Part shown: one piece after another, positions 25,855 through 32,000 of the stretch
Layout of the letters: every line of letters starts with the position of its first letter
How positions within the stretch are numbered: the first letter of the stretch is position 1
Origin: Candidatus Kuenenia stuttgartensis
Lineage (GTDB): Bacteria; Planctomycetota; Brocadiia; Brocadiales; Brocadiaceae
Length of the DNA: 32,000 nucleotides
Direction: 5' to 3'
Assembly: GCF_900232105.1 (NCBI RefSeq)
Contig: NZ_LT934425.1
Span: 2,070,001 to 2,102,000 of the forward strand
Notes under the pieces: model-generated
Seen by the model: the letters and a program-made list of their open reading frames with translations, nothing else
What the model was told of the DNA's origin: nothing
Databases searched by the model: none
Position numbers and translations under genes: made by a program

Positions 25855-27120
25855 TTAAATAGCGTCAACGCCAATATCTTTTCTGTAATAAACCCCCTCA
25901 AAAGACAAACGATCAATTGCGTCGTAAACAAACGTCCTTGCCTCCTTCAAATCCTTTCCCGTGGCGGTTATCCCCAATACACGCCCCCCGTTCGTTACAA
26001 TATTGCCGTGAACGTTAGCGGTGCCGGCGTGAAATACCTGTATGTTTTTTAATGCTTTCACCGCTTGTAAGCCTGAAATAGGCAGCCCTTTCCTGTATTT
26101 GCCAGGATATCCTTTTGACGCCAATACCACGCAGACGGAATGGCTGTCGTACCATTCCAGTTCCGCTTTGTCCAATGTGTTGTTGCTTGCCGCCAGGAGA
26201 AGCGATGCCAGATCGCTCTTCATTCGTACCAGAAGCGCCTGTGTTTCCGGGTCTCCAAACCTTGCGTTAAACTCAAGCACTTTTGGCCCCGCATTGGTTA
26301 GCATTAGCCCCGCATAAATGATGCCACTGTAAGGGCGGTTTTCTCTCTTCATGGCATGGATGATTGGCACCAATATGTTTTCCTCGACATAACGCTGCAT
26401 CTCATTTGTAATGAGATGCGAGGGGGAATAGGCGCCCATACCCCCTGTGTTTGGGCCTTTATTTCCCTCGTAAATTGCTTTATGATCTCTTGCGGAAGAA
26501 AGCGGGATAATTGTTTGTCCGTCGGTAATAGCAAGGATTGACACTTCTTCTCCATGTAAACATTCCTCAATCACCACCCTATCTCCTGCGTTGCCAAATA
26601 TCCTTTCCACCATTATCTCTTGTAAGTGTTCCTTCGCTTCTTCAAGCGTTTTGCATACAAAAACACCCTTTCCTTTGGCCAGGCCATCCGCCTTGATAAC
26701 AATGGGAGCGAAACATTTCTCCAGATATTTTTCAGCCATTTTTATGTCTTCGAATACGCGAAAGTCGGCGGTGGGAATACTGTGTTTTTTCATAATGGTT
26801 TTTGCAAAGACCTTGCTTCCTTCGATAAGAGATGCCCTTTTGCTCGGTCCGAAAATATCCAGATTGCCATCCTTGAATGTATCGACAATGCCGGAAAGCA
26901 GCGGGTCTTCGGGGCCTACAACGGTCAGATCGATTTTTTGCCTGATAGCGAAATTGAACAGGCCTTCGATATTATTGACGTCAATATCAACGCATTCGGC
27001 AACTTCCGCAATCCCGGGATTTCCCGGGGCGCAAAATATTTTCTTTACTTTCGGCGATTGCGCTATCTTCCAGGCAATAGCATGTTCTCTTCCGCCGCTT
27101 CCAATAATCAATATTTTCAT
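25855..27120 (-). CDS. purD: Phosphoribosylamine-glycine ligase
   Basis: Motifs are MKILIIGSGGREHAIAWK, IVIKADGLAKGKGV, PNTGGMGAYSP, LEFNARFGDPE and GGRVLG. The ATG at 27120 has AAGGA upstream and is preferred over the track's 27162. Confidence 0.93.
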   Translation of the reverse strand: MKILIIGSGGREHAIAWKIAQSPKVKKIFCAPGNPGIAEVAECVDIDVNNIEGLFNFAIRQKIDLTVVGPEDPLLSGIVDTFKDGNLDIFGPSKRASLIEGSKVFAKTIMKKHSIPTADFRVFEDIKMAEKYLEKCFAPIVIKADGLAKGKGVFVCKTLEEAKEHLQEIMVERIFGNAGDRVVIEECLHGEEVSILAITDGQTIIPLSSARDHKAIYEGNKGPNTGGMGAYSPSHLITNEMQRYVEENILVPIIHAMKRENRPYSGIIYAGLMLTNAGPKVLEFNARFGDPETQALLVRMKSDLASLLLAASNNTLDKAELEWYDSHSVCVVLASKGYPGKYRKGLPISGLQAVKALKNIQVFHAGTANVHGNIVTNGGRVLGITATGKDLKEARTFVYDAIDRLSFEGVYYRKDIGVDAI

Positions 27121-27245
27121 GTGTGTTGTTTCCTTCATTGTAGTTGGATGGTATTCATACATTTAGTGATATTTAAGGTGCAAGGTTAACGCAGGTCGAA
27201 ACATTCTATCAGAATAAAAGGAAGAATGGGAAAGTTTTTTTGCCC

Positions 27246-27273
27246 TTGACAGTTTTGCATTGACTGATATACT
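27246..27273 (+). promoter_or_regulatory. Sigma70-like promoter for the tRNA gene (TTGACA-N16-TATACT)
   Basis: A consensus -35 TTGACA (27246-51) and a near-consensus -10 TATACT (27268-73) lie about 60 nt upstream of the tRNA. Confidence 0.5.
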
Positions 27274-27336
27274 GAGTAACATGATTGCACACGAAAGATG
27301 TGCGGTTTGTTTTAAATAGGTCATTTATTTTGGCAA

Positions 27337-27413
<77 letters not shown>

Positions 27414-27422
27414 ATAAACGAA

Positions 27423-27460
27423 AGGGATTGCGGTTTTTGCCGTAATCCCTTTTTTATTTA
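27423..27460 (+). terminator. Intrinsic terminator after the tRNA
   Basis: AGGGATTGCGG / CCGTAATCCCT forms an 11-bp stem (one G-U pair) followed by TTTTTTATTTATT. Confidence 0.8.
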
Positions 27461-27524
27461 TTGCGCTATTTTTTCTCCTGAGTGCTTGCAAATAGTGGTT
27501 GGTATATCCAAAACCAAAATTGTG

Positions 27525-27651
27525 AAATCCTAAATACGAAGCAAATACTAAATTTTAATTTTCAAATGTTCAAAACCCGGTTTTTTTCATTGGGATTCTG
27601 TATTTTGGAATTTGTTTCGTATTTTTTGTTTCGTGCTTGTTTGGTTCTGGC
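27525..27651 (+). repeat. AT-rich intergenic repeat R1, copy B
   Basis: It aligns with 8367-8517 but lacks the R3 module. An internal inverted repeat, AAATACGAAGCAAAT (27532-46) / ATTTGTTTCGTATTT (27610-24), gives a long hairpin. It ends 30 nt before the next start codon. Confidence 0.8.
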
Positions 27652-27681
27652 TGTGCAAGTTTAGGAGGGAGGGATAATTAT

Positions 27682-27954
27682 ATGCACTGGAAGATTATTA
27701 TTACCACATTTATTACTATTTTTTTGGCGGAGCTTGGAGATAAAACACAAATTGCTTCTATACTTATGTCAAGCAAAACGGACAAGCCGTTGCTGGTATT
27801 TATCGGTACAATGCTTGCATTTGCATTAGTGACAATACTTGGTGTTACCGTAGGAACGGTAATGGCCAGGATGTTGCCTCTGAATTACATCAAAACGGGG
27901 GCGGCCATTACCTTTATTATGGTAGGGATTCTTATTTTATTTGGGAAAATATGA
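27682..27954 (+). CDS. Half-size UPF0016 (GDT1/TMEM165-like) cation transporter subunit
   Basis: The ELGDKTQ signature sits in the first TM helix, and there are three predicted TM helices in about 90 aa. AGGAGGGAGGG is a strong RBS before the ATG at 27682, so the track start at 27637 is rejected. Confidence 0.8.
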   Translation: MHWKIIITTFITIFLAELGDKTQIASILMSSKTDKPLLVFIGTMLAFALVTILGVTVGTVMARMLPLNYIKTGAAITFIMVGILILFGKI

Positions 27955-28404
27955 ATGGGAGAAAAATACGGCTTTTCTCAGGCGCAGCAAGTAGGTAAGA
28001 CGGCGAATCTTGTTATTTTCCTTGGAATCTTAGGCGTAGTTTTGAGTGTTGCGGCCTTAACCATGAGTGATAGCCTTGCCAGGAGAGGGTACGGAACTTT
28101 CTATGCTTTCACCGGACTGCTTATGGTCGGGCTTGGTTATGGGGTCCGATACCGTTATAAATATTGCTTAAATGCGGCGCTGATATTATTTGTAGCACTT
28201 TCCTGTCACTTTCTTTACAGGTTTGTTGTTTATCACACTGCATATATTTTATTACGATTATTGTTAAGTATGTGGGTTTCTTACCGCCTTTTTCAGGCAC
28301 TTTCGCCAATGAAAATACTTATTGAAACGAATACATTTCCTGACAAAACCAATCGATTTATTGGATTTTTATCGAGACAAAAAAAGCATGACCATTCTGG
28401 ATGA
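27955..28404 (+). CDS. Hypothetical integral membrane protein
   Basis: There are four hydrophobic segments. The start directly abuts the previous stop (TGAATG). I recognise no family motif. Confidence 0.5.
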   Translation: MGEKYGFSQAQQVGKTANLVIFLGILGVVLSVAALTMSDSLARRGYGTFYAFTGLLMVGLGYGVRYRYKYCLNAALILFVALSCHFLYRFVVYHTAYILLRLLLSMWVSYRLFQALSPMKILIETNTFPDKTNRFIGFLSRQKKHDHSG

Positions 28405-29167
28405 GATTTATCAATATAAATTATCGGAAGTAGCGGAGAACAAGAAGCTTGTTTCTGTGGAACAATTAAAAAAAAACATTCTGCAAAGAGCCCCTGCCCA
28501 ATCTTTTGGTCGTGCATTAAAAACAAGCGGAAAAATAAACATTATTGCTGAGGTGAAAAAGGCCTCGCCCTCCCTGGGGATCATCAGGGAAGATTTTCAG
28601 CCGGTAGCAATTGCCAAAATCTATGAATCAAACGGAGCGGCCGCGATATCGGTATTGACTGACGTTAAATATTTCCAGGGGTCTCTGAAATATTTAACGG
28701 ACATTAAAAATACCGTGCGTTTGCCCATTCTGAGAAAGGATTTTATTATTGATTCGTATCAAATATATGAAGCACGTTCCGCAGGAGCTGACGCAATACT
28801 TCTGATTGCGGCGCTCCTTTCGGAAGATGAAATACAATCCTTTTTAAATACGGCGGAAAAACTGGGAATGGATTGTCTTGTTGAAGTCCATTCTGCGGAT
28901 GAATTAGAGAAGGTTTTACGGACAAAAGCAACTATTATAGGCATTAATAATCGCGACCTTAAAACCTTTCGCACCGACCTGGAAATTACCTTTCAACTAA
29001 AAGCCATGATTCCCGAAGACAAAATTGTCGTGAGTGAGAGTGGTATTAAATCACGGCCAGACATACTAAAATTGCAGGAACACGGCATCCATGCAGTTCT
29101 TATCGGAGAAACGCTGATGAAAAGCGACAATATCCAGTCAAAATTATGCGAATTATCAGGTACGTAG
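28388..29167 (+). CDS. trpC: Indole-3-glycerol phosphate synthase
   Basis: Motifs are ILDEI, IIAEVKKASPSLG, ISVLTD..YFQGS, LPILRKDFIIDSYQIYEAR, GADAILLI, INNRDL and SESGI. The ATG at 28388 (MTILDEI) is preferred over the track's 28322. Confidence 0.92.
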   Translation: MTILDEIYQYKLSEVAENKKLVSVEQLKKNILQRAPAQSFGRALKTSGKINIIAEVKKASPSLGIIREDFQPVAIAKIYESNGAAAISVLTDVKYFQGSLKYLTDIKNTVRLPILRKDFIIDSYQIYEARSAGADAILLIAALLSEDEIQSFLNTAEKLGMDCLVEVHSADELEKVLRTKATIIGINNRDLKTFRTDLEITFQLKAMIPEDKIVVSESGIKSRPDILKLQEHGIHAVLIGETLMKSDNIQSKLCELSGT

Positions 29168-29172
29168 CAAGA

Positions 29173-29499
29173 TTATAACTGAGCGTCCAGCGCTGTTTTT
29201 AAATCATTTTTAGACTTTACACCCACTATTCTATTTACCGCCTTTCCATTCTTGAAGAGTATAATTGTGGGGATTGACGTAATGCCAAATTTTGCAGGGG
29301 TACTGTTGTTTTCCTCTGTATTAAGTTTTCCAATCTTCGCCTTTCCGCTATATTCTTTTGCCAGTTCCTCAATAACTGGAGCGAGTTGTCTGCAAGGGCC
29401 GCACCAGGATGCCCAAAAATCAACCAGCACCGGAATCTTTGCATTTGTTACTTCCGCATCAAAATTTGCGTCTGTTATTTCAACCAAACCTTCTGCCAT
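29173..29499 (-). CDS. trxA: Thioredoxin
   Basis: VLVDFWASWCGPCRQLAP carries the WCGPC active site. The length is about 108 aa from the ATG at 29499, which has AAGGA upstream. Confidence 0.93.
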   Translation of the reverse strand: MAEGLVEITDANFDAEVTNAKIPVLVDFWASWCGPCRQLAPVIEELAKEYSGKAKIGKLNTEENNSTPAKFGITSIPTIILFKNGKAVNRIVGVKSKNDLKTALDAQL

Positions 29500-29537
29500 A
29501 ATCCATTTTCCTTTCAATTGATATATATTAAGTTATT

Positions 29538-29828
29538 TTAATTACCACGCACAAAAAGATTACAGTGGCATTCACCGTCACGTTCAATTTCTTCTTTGTG
29601 GTAAACGCAAGGGCATATGGCCTTTTTGTCTTTTTCAATATCACCGCTAACGATGCGGCAAGGACAATAGGCATGCCCGTATTTTGATTTACGCATAACG
29701 AGCCCTTTGACGACTCTATCGACAATTTTTTTATCCGGATTTAACTTGTAAGGGCTATTGGTGACATAGGTATTGAGCATTTTGCGAATGTCCGCTTCTT
29801 CGTCTACCATTGAATCTTTGTTATCCAT
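29538..29828 (-). CDS. Ferredoxin:thioredoxin reductase catalytic-subunit-like protein (FTRc-like)
   Basis: The CPC...CPC...CHC cysteine pattern (YCPCRIV..., AICPCVYH, ECHCNLF) is characteristic of the FTR catalytic subunit. The protein is 96 aa. Confidence 0.8.
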   Translation of the reverse strand: MDNKDSMVDEEADIRKMLNTYVTNSPYKLNPDKKIVDRVVKGLVMRKSKYGHAYCPCRIVSGDIEKDKKAICPCVYHKEEIERDGECHCNLFVRGN

Positions 29829-29913
29829 AGTTTAACCGTTTAAAAAAAGAAAAAACTGAATATACCGCTTTCAAAAACACTGTGAATCCTCACGCGAAAG
29901 AAAAATATATGTT

Positions 29914-30207
29914 TTAGTGAGCAGGTTCTGTATCATTTTTTTCACGCGGGGTTCGTTTCAGTTCCCATACGGCTCCCGTTGGGTCAGGGCAGTGGGCCAA
30001 TAATGTATCTTCGCTTGTCTGCCATGGCAACCTTGCTCCATATCGCAGTGATTGGGCATCCCTTGAAAGAACAGCATATGCGCAATCACAAAGCCCTTTT
30101 GGGGTAAATCCCGTTAAGGGAAATGAATCACCTTTCTTATAATAATTACAACTTCCTTTTTCTGCTACCGTTGCTACCACTTTGAAACTGGAACTTTTAC
30201 ACTTCAC
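29914..30207 (-). CDS. Small Cys-containing protein resembling the TIGR04076 family
   Basis: The protein is 97 aa with a GTG start. The pattern GSCNYYKKGDSF...PKGLCDCAYAVL...LPW...AHCPDP...VWELKR matches my recollection of TIGR04076. This was not verified by any search. Confidence 0.55.
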   Translation of the reverse strand: MKCKSSSFKVVATVAEKGSCNYYKKGDSFPLTGFTPKGLCDCAYAVLSRDAQSLRYGARLPWQTSEDTLLAHCPDPTGAVWELKRTPREKNDTEPAH

Positions 30208-30313
30208 AATAGGGACTCCAATAAATGTTAATGTGCCTCTTTTATTTTATAATAGTTCATTATATTTTATGAAATAAACGTATTGCAAGAACAAAAAACA
30301 AACTTGACACAGA

Positions 30314-30339
30314 GCAACACTTTGGTTTTTTTAAAAACC
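30314..30339 (-). repeat. Dispersed motif R3 copy d (reads GGTTTTTAAAAAAACCAAAGTGTTGC on the minus strand)
   Basis: It matches the GGTTTTTTAAAAAACTAAAGTGTTAC segment of R1 copy A. It lies about 107 nt upstream of the TIGR04076-like gene, in the same orientation as that gene. Confidence 0.55.
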
Positions 30340-30370
30340 TCAGCAAGATCAAACATTAGGCGAATCCGGG

Positions 30371-31258
30371 TTAATAGACTATTTGCTGAGTGTTTTTTTT
30401 ATCGCATAAACTTTTTAAAAGGAGGTGTGTTTTATTGAAAAATTTTCTTTCGGCAGGATATTGCTCAAGATATTTGTCCAGATGGAGAAAGGCAAGTTCA
30501 TACTCCTTTTTTGCAACGTAGTTATCGATAAGCAGGATCATCGGACGATTATCATCTGGAATACACATCATTGCCTGTTCGCAAAATCTGATTGATGCGT
30601 CAAAATCCCCGTTAATATTGTGATTCCGGGCATTGTACAAGAAAATCTCTCCCACAAGTCCGATATCCTTCATGATCTTCTTTTTGGGATGATACCTGTC
30701 CTTCTTTTTAACAATCCCATCGCTGTGCGTGTGTTCAAATAAATATTCATGAGTATTATCAGAAACCATATTATAAATATGGCCGGGAACAAAAATATTT
30801 TTTACGTCAATGTCAAAATGCCGGCATAGAATGGTAAATCGTATTGCATAGGAAAGACAATTCCCGACCTTTATATTGAGAGTATCCTTGAAATCGTAGC
30901 AATCCCTGTATATTCCTTCGCACGCATACTCTTTTAGCCAGGCAAAGATTATTTTGGCTTTTTCAATAGGATTATCAATGTTATTGACGTCAGTTTCTTT
31001 TGTAATTCGCGAAATAAGAAGGTCGATTTTTTTCTGATACGCCTGAATCTTTTTATCACTATGTACGCCCGAAGCGATAAGGCATGCGCGGTCAAACGGC
31101 ATATCAAGACAGTTGTCTTTAATATCCCTGAGAAGAGACATTTCGCTCTCATTGTATGCATATTGACTTGTCGGATACGTTTGCCGGGCTGGTTGGCAAC
31201 CAGGGAAAAAGAAGAAGTGTATGAGACAAAAAAGGAGCGGCAAGAAAGTTTTTTTCAT
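30371..31258 (-). CDS. Lipoprotein with transglutaminase-like cysteine-protease core and TPR-like C-terminus (SirB1-like architecture)
   Basis: The lipobox-like signal is LLFCLIHFFFFPGC. GNCLSYAIRF supplies a putative nucleophile Cys, VPGHIYNMV a His, and YLFEHT an acidic residue. The C-terminal helical repeats resemble TPR. Confidence 0.6.
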   Translation of the reverse strand: MKKTFLPLLFCLIHFFFFPGCQPARQTYPTSQYAYNESEMSLLRDIKDNCLDMPFDRACLIASGVHSDKKIQAYQKKIDLLISRITKETDVNNIDNPIEKAKIIFAWLKEYACEGIYRDCYDFKDTLNIKVGNCLSYAIRFTILCRHFDIDVKNIFVPGHIYNMVSDNTHEYLFEHTHSDGIVKKKDRYHPKKKIMKDIGLVGEIFLYNARNHNINGDFDASIRFCEQAMMCIPDDNRPMILLIDNYVAKKEYELAFLHLDKYLEQYPAERKFFNKTHLLLKSLCDKKNTQQIVY

Positions 31259-31261
31259 GTG

Positions 31262-31627
31262 TTATTCTATTTTTCTTTTAATAACCTCCATTAATCGTTC
31301 CTGAGTGAAGGGTTTTTCCAGATATGATACATCAGGGTCGATCTCAAATATTGTTTTATTCGAGTGGGGAGAAAAACTGCTGGCAACAATAACAGGGATA
31401 TCTTTGTATGGTGGACTGGATTTTAGTTGTTTGAGGAATTCATCGCCGGGCAATTTATCAAGCAATAAGTCGAGAATGATGAGATCCGGTTTCTCTGTTT
31501 CTATCATTTCCAATGCCTGTTTCCCGTCAAGGGCGTGAACGATGGTGTAATCAGTATCTTCAAGCATCATTTCGTAAAAAAAGAAAAACTCCTGCTCGTC
31601 TTCAACAATAAGTATTTTTTTACTCAA
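31262..31627 (-). CDS. Single-domain CheY-like response regulator
   Basis: Motifs are ILIVEDEQE, LIILDLLLDKLPG, VIVASS and YLEKPF. The TTG start is preceded by an AAAGGAG RBS. Confidence 0.88.
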   Translation of the reverse strand: MSKKILIVEDEQEFFFFYEMMLEDTDYTIVHALDGKQALEMIETEKPDLIILDLLLDKLPGDEFLKQLKSSPPYKDIPVIVASSFSPHSNKTIFEIDPDVSYLEKPFTQERLMEVIKRKIE

Positions 31628-31660
31628 GTATCGCTCCTTTTTAATGAAATAGTGCCTTGT

Positions 31661-32000
31661 TTAGGAATTTTCGGACGGCGCCACCGGTAGTGTAAATTTG
31701 AAAGAAGCTCCTTTTCCAATGCCTTCGCAATCAACCCAAATCCTTCCTTTGTGTGCCTCGACAATATTTTTGCATAGTGCAAGCCCCACCCCGGAACCAT
31801 ACATAGTGGGATGTTCCTGGAAAAATCTTTCAAACAGTTTAGAATATTCTTCTTTGGGAAGCCCAATACCCATCCCGGTGTCTTCAACGGATATTTCCAG
31901 ATAAGAACCTTTGCATTTCCCATAAATATTAATACTGCCACTCTCCGTATATTTTATTGCATTATCGATCAGATTAATAAGTACACGTGAAATCTCGTTT
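31661..32000 (-). CDS. Sensor histidine kinase, C-terminal HATPase_c part (5' end outside the window)
   Basis: My hand translation stays open to the window edge: ...NEISRVLINLIDNAIKYTESGSINIY...ISVEDTGMGI...GSGVGLALCKNIVEAHKGRIWV. This gives the N, G1 and G2 boxes. Confidence 0.88.
   Translation of the reverse strand, partial: NEISRVLINLIDNAIKYTESGSINIYGKCKGSYLEISVEDTGMGIGLPKEEYSKLFERFFQEHPTMYGSGVGLALCKNIVEAHKGRIWVDCEGIGKGASFKFTLPVAPSENS

Noticed and set aside
26591-27189. Two overlapping 187-191-aa plus-strand ORFs
   Set aside because: They are antisense shadows of purD. Their composition (S/F/I-rich) is not protein-like.
27480-27681. Possible Mn2+ (yybP-ykoY) riboswitch upstream of the UPF0016 transporter gene
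   Set aside because: The sequence is a copy of the dispersed R1 repeat that is also found upstream of an unrelated gene. I could not find the conserved yybP-ykoY core strings.

Overview
The window looks like ordinary bacterial chromosome rather than an accessory island. It holds about 33 protein genes, one tRNA and several small intergenic repeat families. I found no CRISPR array, transposase, integrase, phage gene or recognisable defence system. Taxonomy cannot be fixed from the sequence. By eye the DNA is moderately AT-rich and heavy in PAS, heme-c and two-component genes, which would fit a planctomycete-like or similar environmental anaerobe, but that is only an impression. Housekeeping genes are called from strong family motifs: arfB, gntK, aspA, tmk, rtcB plus archease, a Usp protein, lon, nadC, purD, initiator tRNA-Met, trpC, trxA and a Zn alcohol dehydrogenase. 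The most unusual content is a co-directional block at 638-11675. It holds a GH15 glycoside hydrolase with a C-terminal Cys-rich ferredoxin-like extension, overlapped (ATGA) by a hybrid histidine kinase with a CxxCH heme-c (DUF3365/Tll0287-like) sensor. Behind these come two receiver proteins, a PAS kinase, an Rcp1-like receiver and a REC-PAS-PAS-GGDEF-EAL protein. Other points worth a second look: modular dispersed intergenic repeats; a 700-bp hairpin-dense non-coding gap at 11676-12372; a trxA / FTR-catalytic-like / TIGR04076 trio; a trypsin-fold-TPR protein that seems to lack its catalytic triad; a pseudo-receiver followed by an overlapping out-of-frame ORF; and a terminator-like switch in the nadC leader. 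All family calls rest on motif recognition by eye, since no searches were run.
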